Shown here: positions 47,156-54,020 of the stretch, one piece after another
How the letters are laid out: each line of letters opens with the position of its first letter
Position numbering within the stretch: the first letter of the stretch is position 1
Assembly (NCBI GenBank): GCA_036498605.1
Contig: DASYFF010000149.1
Coordinates: 1-54,020 of the forward strand
Source of the DNA: Acidimicrobiia bacterium
GTDB taxonomy: Bacteria > Actinomycetota > Acidimicrobiia > IMCC26256 > BP-133
Direction of reading: 5' to 3'
Length of the DNA stretch: 54,020 bases
Program-made: the position numbers and the translations under genes
Notes under the pieces: generated by a model
What the model saw: only the letters and a program-made list of their open reading frames with translations
What the model was told of the DNA's origin: nothing
The model's database searches: none

Positions 47156-47896
47156 ATGCAGGGGGAGGAGCAGCGGGGAACGCTGGGCACCGTCCGCAAC
47201 GCCACGTTGCTCCTCTCACTCATGGCCGAGGGCCCGGCCTACAACCAGCTGACCGATCTGGCCGAGCGGTCGGGCATGTCGCTGCCGACCGTCCACCGCC
47301 TGCTCCGGTCGCTGGCCCTGGCCGGTCTCGTGGAGCAGGACCCCCGCTCGCTGCGCTACGGCCTCGGGTCCGAGATCGTCCGCCTGTCGGAGCGCTACCT
47401 CGACCGGCTCCCGACCCTGCGGGCCCTGTCGCCCTATCTCCGGGAGCTGCGCGACGCCACCAAGACCACGATCCTCGTCGCGCTGCTGGTGCGGACGTCG
47501 ATCATCTACGTCGACCGGGTCGACGGCGACGAGGGGGCGGGGGTGTTTCGGGAATCCCACCGGGTGCACGGCGCCCTCGACACCGCCGCCGGGCGGCTGC
47601 TGTTGGCCCGGAGCGGCCCCGACGTCTGGGCCGAGGCGCTCGACGGCCGGCCCCGCCCGTCCAACAAGGACCGCCGCTCCTGGGCCGAGGCCCCCTTCCT
47701 CGTGCTCGGCGCCGACGGCGACCGGCATATGGCGGAGGTGGCCGTGCCGCTGACCGACGGCTCGGGCCGGACAGTGGCCGCCCTCTGCGCCCGGGGGGAT
47801 CCCACCGCCTTCACCGACGACGTGCTGCGCAACGAGGTAGCGCCCAAGCTGGTCCGGGCGGCGCGCGCCGCCGGGCGGGCGATGGCCGATGCCTGA
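47156..47896 (+). CDS. IclR family transcriptional regulator
   Basis: TVRNATLLLSLMAEGPAYNQLTDLAERSGMSLPTVHRLLRSLALAGLVEQD wHTH, followed by an IclR-type effector domain. Confidence 0.85.
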   Translation: MQGEEQRGTLGTVRNATLLLSLMAEGPAYNQLTDLAERSGMSLPTVHRLLRSLALAGLVEQDPRSLRYGLGSEIVRLSERYLDRLPTLRALSPYLRELRDATKTTILVALLVRTSIIYVDRVDGDEGAGVFRESHRVHGALDTAAGRLLLARSGPDVWAEALDGRPRPSNKDRRSWAEAPFLVLGADGDRHMAEVAVPLTDGSGRTVAALCARGDPTAFTDDVLRNEVAPKLVRAARAAGRAMADA

Positions 47897-49712
47897 GCCG
47901 GGGGCGGCATGGGCTGAGGCGGCCGCCGAGCTGCTCTGGGCCCACCCGTTCGAGGAGGTGTACCGCCACGACCGGCCGGGCGGGCGCTGGTTCACCGGCG
48001 GGGCCCTCAACGTCGCCGCCAACTGCCTCGACCGGCACCTGCCGGCCCGGGCCGGCCAGGTCGCCATCCACTGGGAGGGCGAGACGGGCGACCGCCGCTC
48101 GATCACCTACGGCGCGCTGGCGGCCGAGGTCGCCACCTTCGCCGACGCCCTGCGGGGGCTCGGCGTGGGGCCCGGCGACCGGGTCGCCCTCCACCTCGGG
48201 TGGATCCCCGAGACCGTGGTGGCCATGCTGGCCTGCGCCCGGCTGGGTGCGGTGCACGGCGTCGTGCCGGCGTCGCTGCCGGCCGACGCCCTGGCCGACC
48301 GGCTCACCGATCTGCAGCCGAAGGTCCTCGTCACCCAGGACGGGGCCTTCCGCCACGGCCTCATCGTCCCGTCCAAGAGCCGGGCCGACGAGGCGCTGGC
48401 CGCCGCCGGTGGCGTCGAGGCCACCGTGGTCGTACGCCGCGTGGGGGTCGACGTCGCCTGGTACGAAGGGGACCGCTGGTACCACGACCTCGTGGCCGCT
48501 CCCCGGCCCGGCGCCCGCCGGGGCCCGGCGGCGGCCGGGGCTGCCGGCGAGCCGCTCCCCTTCCCCGCCGACCATCCGCTGCTGACCGTGCCGCTGGCCC
48601 ACCGGCGGGGGCGCCCCACGTGGATCGTCCACGGCACCGGCGGCTACCTGGTGGCCGCCGCCACCGTCCACCGCCGGGCGCTCACCAGCGGGCCCGACGA
48701 CGTGTTCTGGTGCGCGGCGGAGATCGCCTGGATCGGCGGCCAGAGCCACGGCGTCTACGGCCCTCTGGCCTGCGGGGCGACCACGGTCATGTCGGAGGGC
48801 ACGCTCGACGTGCCGAGCCGGTCCCGGGCCTGGGAGATCATCGAGCGCTACGGCGTCAACGCCCTCGTGACCACGCCGTCGGTGGTGCGCAGCCTGCGGC
48901 AGTGGGTCGACACCCCGCCGGCCGGGGCCGATCTCCGCTCGCTGCGGCTGATCGTCACCCTCGGCGAACGGATCGACGCCGAGACCCGCAACTGGCTCGC
49001 CGTCGAGGTGGGCGGCGGGCGGGCGCTGGTGGCCGACGCCTGGGGGCAGACGGAGCTGGCCGGGCTGGTGTCGGTGACGCCGCCGCCGTCTCCCTCGGGG
49101 GCGGCGGTGCCCGACCCCGGGCTCGAGGTGGTCGACGGCGACGGCCGGCCGGTCGGGCCCGGTGGTGTCGGCGAGCTCGTCCTCCTCCATCCCTGGCCGG
49201 GCACATTCATCGAGGTGGAGGGCGGCCCGGAGCCGGGGAACGCCTGGTGGGGCCCCTACCCGGGGGCCTACGCCACCGGCGACGACGCCCGCCGGGAGGC
49301 CGACGGCCACCTCACGGTGCTGGGCCGGCGCGACCCGGTGGTCAGCATCTCCGGCCAGCAGGTGTCGCTGACCGAGGTGGGCCGGATTTTGGAGGAGCAC
49401 CCCCTGCTGGTGGCGGTCGACGTGGTGGCCGTCCCCGACGAGCGGCGGGGCCAGGCCCTGTGCGCCTGCGTCGTCCTCGATGGAAAGGCGGAGGCCGGCG
49501 ACGACCTGGCCCGGGAGCTGCGGGGGTACGTGGCCGACGCCCTCGGCGGGCTCGCCCGGCCCCGCACGGTGGCGTTCGTCGAGCAGTTCCCTCCCGACCT
49601 GCCCGGCGAGGCCCGGCGCCGGGCGCTGCGGCTCCTCTGTACGGCCAACCCCACCGACTGGATCACGATCAGCGCCGCCCAGCTCGCCGCCGCCGCCACG
49701 GCCACGGACTGA
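47889..49712 (+). CDS. acetyl-CoA synthetase-like protein with degenerate adenylation motifs (candidate pseudoenzyme)
   Basis: ACAS_N-like FTGGALNVAANCLDRHL and ETVVAMLACARLGAVHGVV are conserved. The P-loop YTSGSTGKPKG is replaced by PLAHRRGRPTW, and the A10 PKTRSGK by PPDLPGEA. The ATG overlaps the iclR 3' end by 8 nt. Confidence 0.8.
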   Translation: MPEPGAAWAEAAAELLWAHPFEEVYRHDRPGGRWFTGGALNVAANCLDRHLPARAGQVAIHWEGETGDRRSITYGALAAEVATFADALRGLGVGPGDRVALHLGWIPETVVAMLACARLGAVHGVVPASLPADALADRLTDLQPKVLVTQDGAFRHGLIVPSKSRADEALAAAGGVEATVVVRRVGVDVAWYEGDRWYHDLVAAPRPGARRGPAAAGAAGEPLPFPADHPLLTVPLAHRRGRPTWIVHGTGGYLVAAATVHRRALTSGPDDVFWCAAEIAWIGGQSHGVYGPLACGATTVMSEGTLDVPSRSRAWEIIERYGVNALVTTPSVVRSLRQWVDTPPAGADLRSLRLIVTLGERIDAETRNWLAVEVGGGRALVADAWGQTELAGLVSVTPPPSPSGAAVPDPGLEVVDGDGRPVGPGGVGELVLLHPWPGTFIEVEGGPEPGNAWWGPYPGAYATGDDARREADGHLTVLGRRDPVVSISGQQVSLTEVGRILEEHPLLVAVDVVAVPDERRGQALCACVVLDGKAEAGDDLARELRGYVADALGGLARPRTVAFVEQFPPDLPGEARRRALRLLCTANPTDWITISAAQLAAAATATD

Positions 49713-49776
49713 CAGGCCGGACATTTGGGCTCAAGGGCCCACCCCCCGGCGACGATATAGTGCTCGGCAGTTTCGT

Positions 49777-49848
49777 TCCGGGGTAGCTCAGTGGCAGAGC
49801 GGGCGCCTGTTAAGCGCTTGGTCGGGAGTTCGAATCTCCCCCCCGGAG
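49777..49848 (+). tRNA. tRNA-Asn (anticodon GTT), CCA not encoded
   Basis: Hand-folded cloverleaf. Acceptor TCCGGGG/CCCCGGA, D arm GCTC-AGTGGCA-GAGC, anticodon arm GGCGC-CTGTTAA-GCGCT, T arm GGGAG-TTCGAAT-CTCCC, discriminator G. Confidence 0.9.
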
Positions 49849-49860
49849 CAACGAGATGCG

Positions 49861-49888
49861 CAGGCCGGCGACGAGTGTTGCCGGCCTG
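49861..49888 (+). terminator. GC-rich hairpin downstream of tRNA-Asn
   Basis: CAGGCCGGC (49861-69) pairs with GCCGGCCTG (49880-88) around a 10-nt loop. It is followed by TTGCGCG, a short U tract only. Confidence 0.45.
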
Positions 49889-50036
49889 TTGCGCGTCCTC
49901 ATCCCACCCTCAAACCCCCCCGGGCCCGGGCAGATTGTCCGACCAGGGGGACTCTGAAAGACTTGAGGAAACTGCGCGAGTCTTGAGGGCCCCGGTTCTC
50001 AGCGTGCAGCCCAGTGGTTGGGGAGGAAAACCGCTC

Positions 50037-51710
50037 GTGGGCCACCGTCGCACCAAGTTCTTCACCCTCCTGTCGGCGTTCCTGCTGCTCGGGAACGCCT
50101 GGCATCTGACCGGGGCCGGGGCGGCGCCCGTCGACCGGGACCACGACGGCATCTACGACGCCGTTGAGGGCACGGTCGACACCGACGGCGACGGCGTTGC
50201 CGACTTCCTCGACACCGACAGCGACAACGACGGCCTGCCCGACGCCGTCGAGGGGGTCGTCGACCCCGACGCCGACGGCCTGCCGGCCTACCGGGACCTC
50301 GACAGCGACGGCGACATCATCGGCGACCGGGCCGAGGCCGGCCCCGACCCGGCCCACCCCGTCGACAGCGACCGCGACGGCGTGGCCGACTTCCTCGACT
50401 TCGACGCCGACGGGGACGGGATCGCCGACAAGCTCGAGGCCCGCGGCCCCGACGACACCGACCTCGACAACGACGGCGTGCCCGACGACATCGACCCGTC
50501 GGTGGTGGCCACGCTGCCGCCGACCGACACCGACAAGGACGGCATCCCCGACTACCGCGACACCGACAGCGACGGCGACACCATCTCCGACAAGTTGGAG
50601 GGCACGGTCCTCAGCGACGTCCACGGCCTGCCCAACTTCCGGGACCTCGACAGCGACGGGGACCTCATCCCCGACCGGGTCGAGGCCGGGCCCGACCCGG
50701 CCCGGCCGGTCGACACCGACGGCGGCGGCCTGCCCAACTTCCGGGACACCGACAGCGACGGCGACCTCATCCCCGACCAGATCGAGTCCGGGCCGGACCC
50801 CGAGCACCCGGTCGACAGCGACCACGACGGGCTGGCCGACTACATCGACCTCGACAGCGACGGCGACGGCATCCCCGACACGGTCGAGGGGTCGGAGGAC
50901 TTCGACGGCGACAAGATCCCCAACTATCTCGACACCGACAGCGACGGCGACGGGGTGTCCGACAAGCAGCAGGGCGCCGACGATCCCGACAACGACGGGA
51001 TCCCGAGCCTGGTCGACCCTGACGACGACGGCGACCTCATCCCCGACGTCATCGAGGGCAGCGCCGACATCGACCACGACGGTGTCGCCAACTCCGACGA
51101 CCCGGACAGCGACGGCGACGGCCTGCCCGACGCCGCCGAGGGCCTGTTCGACGTCGACGGCGACGGCAAGGCCAACTTCGTCGACACCGACAGCGACAAC
51201 GACGGCATCCCCGACCGGGTCGAGGGCCGGGGCGACGACGACGGCGACACCAACCGCAACTGCTACGACCCCGACAGCGACGACGACGGCGTCCCCGACG
51301 CGGTGGAGGGGGTGCCCAACGCCGACGCCGACGCCGACGGGGACGGGGCGCCCGACCGCATCGACGTCGACGCCGACGGCGACAAGATCCACGACAACGT
51401 CGAGGGCGTGGTCGACACCAACAAGGACGGCATCCCCGACCGGGTGTCGGTCGACAGCGACGGCGACGGGATCCCCGACCGGCTCGAGGGGACGTTCGAC
51501 ACCGACAAGGACAAGATCCCCGACTTCCGGGACGCCGACAGCGATGGCGACAACATCGCCGACGCCGTCGAGGGGGCGCTCGACACCGACGGGGACCGGA
51601 TCCTCAACTTCCGCGACACCGACAGCGACGGCGACGGCAAGCCCGACGCCGAGGAGGGGACGGGCGACGCCGACGGCGACGGAGTCCCCAACTACCTCGA
51701 CCCGAACTAG
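50037..51710 (+). CDS. secreted protein made almost entirely of thrombospondin type-3-like Asp-rich calcium-binding repeats
   Basis: Start proposed at the GTG at 50037 (SD GGAGG about 10 nt upstream; alternative GTG at 50004). The ORF-track start at 49791 overlaps the tRNA. Signal peptide HRRTKFFTLLSAFLLLGNAWHLTGAGA. About 35 DxDxDG-type loops alternate as DTDSDGDGIPDxVEG and DxDGDGxPNF(L/R). Confidence 0.8.
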   Translation: MGHRRTKFFTLLSAFLLLGNAWHLTGAGAAPVDRDHDGIYDAVEGTVDTDGDGVADFLDTDSDNDGLPDAVEGVVDPDADGLPAYRDLDSDGDIIGDRAEAGPDPAHPVDSDRDGVADFLDFDADGDGIADKLEARGPDDTDLDNDGVPDDIDPSVVATLPPTDTDKDGIPDYRDTDSDGDTISDKLEGTVLSDVHGLPNFRDLDSDGDLIPDRVEAGPDPARPVDTDGGGLPNFRDTDSDGDLIPDQIESGPDPEHPVDSDHDGLADYIDLDSDGDGIPDTVEGSEDFDGDKIPNYLDTDSDGDGVSDKQQGADDPDNDGIPSLVDPDDDGDLIPDVIEGSADIDHDGVANSDDPDSDGDGLPDAAEGLFDVDGDGKANFVDTDSDNDGIPDRVEGRGDDDGDTNRNCYDPDSDDDGVPDAVEGVPNADADADGDGAPDRIDVDADGDKIHDNVEGVVDTNKDGIPDRVSVDSDGDGIPDRLEGTFDTDKDKIPDFRDADSDGDNIADAVEGALDTDGDRILNFRDTDSDGDGKPDAEEGTGDADGDGVPNYLDPN

Positions 51711-51724
51711 GTGCGGCCTCAGAT

Positions 51725-51762
51725 CCCCAGCGGCGGGCTTTCCAACGCACTCGCCGCCGGGG
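51725..51762. terminator. hairpin between convergent genes (possible bidirectional terminator)
   Basis: CCCCAGCGGCG (51725-35) pairs with CGCCGCCGGGG (51752-62), 10 of 11 bp, around a 16-nt loop. There is no clear U tract on either strand. Confidence 0.3.
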
Positions 51763-51768
51763 AAAGGA

Positions 51769-53805
51769 TCACCCGACGGCGGGGAACTGCACGAAGCCCG
51801 GTTGGGGCATGCCGTTGGCCTCGGTGAAGTCGCCGCCGACGTAGAGGCTGTGGGCGCCGATCAGGGCCACGTAAGGGCCCTGCGGCGTGTTGAGCTGGGC
51901 GGTGAAGCCGATGTCTTGGGCGCCGCCGGCCGGTTCGAAGACCGAGATGTGCCGGTTGGGGACGTCCCCCGGCTTGCCACCGACGCAGACGCTGGCGCTG
52001 GCGTGGCAGACGGTGTTGTTGCCGAGCACGTAGTCGTAGTGGCCGACGAGATACACCCGCTCGGTGGTGGCCACCACGTCGGTGGCGTCGCCGTCGGTCC
52101 GGTGCGTCCACAGCGGCGCCGCGCTTTTGGAGTCGGACTGGCTGGACTGGCGGTGGTGGCGGCCCGAGCCCGAGCCGGAGTCGGATGGGGCCGGCGCCGG
52201 CGCGCCGTCCTCGATGCGGAAGGCCTGCAGGGTGCCGCCGGCACCGCCGGTGGAGGCGAAGAAGGTGCGGCTGTCACCCGGCCAGGTGCTCACGCCGTAG
52301 ACCGGCCGGTCCATGGCCGGCTGCCAGGGCGTCAACTGGCCCGTGACACCGTCGAGGACGACCAGGCCGCTGCGCCCGCCGAAGTCGAGGAAGTCGCCGC
52401 CGGCCACCACATAGCGGCCGTCCGCCGTCACTTTCAGGTCGCGCACCGCGCCGTTGTTGGAACCGGGGGTGGGTGTACCGGTGTGGCCCTGGAAGTAGCC
52501 GCCGTTGTTGACGGGCGGGACGAAGCCGTCCCGCAACGCGCCCGTGGTGGCGTCGAGGGCGGCAACCTGGGTGCGGGTCGAGGAGCCGATCGCCTCGAAG
52601 TCACCTCCGATGTAGAGCGTGCTGCCCGACAGGGCGATGGCCTTCACCGCGCCGTCGGGGGCCGGGGGCCGGAAGGTGGCGTCGAGCTGCCCGGTGGCGA
52701 GGTCGATGGCGGCGATGCGGGTGGCGGCGACACCGGCGATCTGGGTGAAGCGCCCGCCCACGTAAAGGCGGCGCTGGTCGGGCGACACGGCCAGGGCCAG
52801 CACGGCGTCGTCGGGGTGGACGTCCCAGTCGAGGAGGTTGCCGGTGGTGGTGTCGAGGGCGGCCAGGTAGGGCCTCGCCGTCACCGGGGCCGCGGCGGCA
52901 TCCTTGCGGGTGGCCTCGGGGGGGACCATGCCGGCGAACTCGCCGCCGACGAAGACCCGGTTCCCGGCCTCGGCCAGGGCGAGGGCCAGCCCCGCCTTGT
53001 CCTTCTCCACCAGGGAGGGGCTGGTGCCCCAGGTCGGTCGGGCCGCCGAGGAGAAGAACTGCGGCGCCGGGCCGCTCGGGGCCGGGTCCAGCGAGCTCAC
53101 CACCGTGCGGGTGAGCGGAGCGGCGCCGAGCCCGGCGGCCATGCCGACCACCGGGGCCCGGACCGAGGTCGGGGCGCCGAGGGCGGCGGCGTCGCCGAAG
53201 TTGAAGACCCGGCCCCCGGCCGTCACCTGCCAGTAGCCGGCCCCCGACCGGGTGGGGACGACGGCGACGACGCCCCGAGCGGGGTCGGGCGTGGCCAGCT
53301 TGTCCCGGGCCGTGCCGAAGAACCGGGCGTCGCCGAAGGCGAACAGGCCCCCGTCGGAGGCGGAGAGCCAGTAACCGTGGCCGCCGGGGGTGGACGCCAT
53401 CCCGGTGATGGGCCGGACCAGCTTGAGGCTGCCCGTCGAGCCGGCGAAAGCGGCGTCGCCGAAGGAGAAGATCCCGCCGTCCGACGCCACCAGCCAGTAG
53501 CCCCGCCCGCTCGGGGTGGCGGTCATCCCGACGATCGGCTTGTTGAGCCGCATGGCCCCGGTCGAGCCCTTGAAGGCCGCGTCACCGAAGGAGAAGATCC
53601 CGCCGTCCGACGCCACCAGCCAGTAGCCGCCGCCGGACGGCGTCGGCGCCATCCCCACGATCGGCTGGTTGAGCCGCATTGCCCCGGTCGAGCCCCTGAA
53701 AGCCGCGTCACCGAAGGAGAAGATCCCGCCGTCCGACGCCACCAGCCAGTAGCCGGCCCCGGACGGGGTCGGCGCCATCCCCACGATGGCCTTGTTGAGC
53801 CGCAT
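51769..53805 (-). CDS. two-module beta-propeller protein: N-terminal 42-aa GYW repeats plus a C-terminal DUF5122/delta-60-like propeller; 5' end anomalous, possibly truncated
   Basis: ORF track, 678 aa. The N-terminus starts in the middle of a repeat unit (MRLNKAIVGMAPTPSGAGYWLVASDGGIFSFGDAAF). The C-terminal half has LYVGGRFTQIAGVAATRIAAIDLATGQLDATF-type blades. No signal peptide. The in-frame repeat continues upstream to 53880 without any start codon. Confidence 0.7.
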   Translation of the reverse strand: MRLNKAIVGMAPTPSGAGYWLVASDGGIFSFGDAAFRGSTGAMRLNQPIVGMAPTPSGGGYWLVASDGGIFSFGDAAFKGSTGAMRLNKPIVGMTATPSGRGYWLVASDGGIFSFGDAAFAGSTGSLKLVRPITGMASTPGGHGYWLSASDGGLFAFGDARFFGTARDKLATPDPARGVVAVVPTRSGAGYWQVTAGGRVFNFGDAAALGAPTSVRAPVVGMAAGLGAAPLTRTVVSSLDPAPSGPAPQFFSSAARPTWGTSPSLVEKDKAGLALALAEAGNRVFVGGEFAGMVPPEATRKDAAAAPVTARPYLAALDTTTGNLLDWDVHPDDAVLALAVSPDQRRLYVGGRFTQIAGVAATRIAAIDLATGQLDATFRPPAPDGAVKAIALSGSTLYIGGDFEAIGSSTRTQVAALDATTGALRDGFVPPVNNGGYFQGHTGTPTPGSNNGAVRDLKVTADGRYVVAGGDFLDFGGRSGLVVLDGVTGQLTPWQPAMDRPVYGVSTWPGDSRTFFASTGGAGGTLQAFRIEDGAPAPAPSDSGSGSGRHHRQSSQSDSKSAAPLWTHRTDGDATDVVATTERVYLVGHYDYVLGNNTVCHASASVCVGGKPGDVPNRHISVFEPAGGAQDIGFTAQLNTPQGPYVALIGAHSLYVGGDFTEANGMPQPGFVQFPAVG

Positions 53806-53880
53806 GGCTCCGGTCGAGCCCTCGAAGGCCGCCGAGCCGTAGGCGAAGATGCCGCCGTCGCTGCCGACGACCCAGTAGCC
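53128..53880 (-). repeat. tandem 126-bp coding repeats (42-aa GYW unit); three copies nearly identical at DNA level
   Basis: GTCACCGAAGGAGAAGATCCCGCCGTCCGACGCCACCAGCCAGTAGCC recurs near 53580 and 53706, and with 2 differences (GTC->GCC, ACC->GCC) near 53455. Two further degenerate units lie toward 53128. Confidence 0.75.
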
Positions 53881-53968
53881 AGGCGATTGGGGGGCCGCCG
53901 CGGCACGGGCCGGCGGAGGCGACCCGGGCCCGGTACCGGCCGCCGGGGAGGACGGCGGCCCGCCGCCC

Positions 53969-54020
53969 GGCTACTGGCTCGTCGGCGCCGACGGCGGCGT
54001 CGACGCCGTCGGCGGCGCGA
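53969..54020 (+). other. plus-strand fragment encoding another GYW repeat unit (GYWLVGADGGVDAVGGA...), running out of the window, no start codon visible
   Basis: My own translation. Codon first positions are G-rich, which favours coding on the + strand. The frame is closed upstream by TAG at 53876-78, with no ATG/GTG/TTG in between. Confidence 0.4.

Noticed and set aside
49791-50036. The ORF-track start of the TSP3-repeat gene at 49791.
   Set aside because: That extension overlaps tRNA-Asn and its downstream hairpin and encodes an Arg/Pro-rich stretch. A GTG at 50037 with an upstream GGAGG yields a proper signal peptide.
53128-53880. Regular 126-bp DNA repeats, here and at 8759..9499, checked as a possible CRISPR-like or non-coding array.
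   Set aside because: There are no unique spacers. The period is a multiple of 3, and the units translate into a conserved 42-aa protein repeat in a long open frame.
49777-54020. A possible genomic island integrated at tRNA-Asn, since the secreted repeat-protein genes start right after the tRNA.
   Set aside because: There is no integrase, excisionase or mobility gene. I could find no direct repeat of the tRNA 3' end within the window. Codon usage of the downstream genes matches the rest of the window.

Overview
Gene-dense, very high-GC chromosomal segment (roughly 70% GC by eye, near-saturated GC3) of actinobacterial type; an Acidimicrobiia-like origin is only a guess. The core (about 12.3-35.3 kb, minus strand) is the conserved housekeeping block known from M. 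tuberculosis Rv2896c-Rv2927c and neighbours (gene order recalled from memory): yraN, DUF2469, lepB, rplS, trmD, rimM, KH protein, rpsP, ffh, ftsY, then smc, acyP, mutM, rnc, acpP, plsX, rpmF, yceD, SepIVA-like, coaD, rsmD, recG, then rpmB, thiD, thiL. comM-dprA lie inverted on the + strand, and two accessory genes sit at that synteny break.

The left end (1-5.8 kb) carries a TauE-like permease, a GntR regulator, an AI-2E transporter, a split ArgZ/AgrE-like arginine-catabolic pair and an orphan pup. The right half carries an ECF sigma / ZAS anti-sigma / TM fusion and a 7-gene ABC-importer cassette with two embedded adenylate-forming enzymes. It also carries an IclR regulator coupled to an Acs-like protein with degenerate catalytic motifs, tRNA-Asn, and two secreted repeat proteins.

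I see no rRNA, CRISPR array, transposase, integrase, phage gene or recognisable defence system. The best candidates for something under-described are:
- the 42-aa GYWLV..DGGIF repeat family, shared by two large proteins, with a head-to-head inverted junction at the window end;
- the IclR + pseudo-Acs + ABC/CoA-ligase locus next to the sigma/anti-sigma fusion;
- the orphan pup with a downstream 61-aa Cys/His ORF.

All family assignments come from motif recognition by eye, with no searches run. Starts were refined by counting residues in the ORF track. My per-base indexing may be off by 1-2 nt in places.
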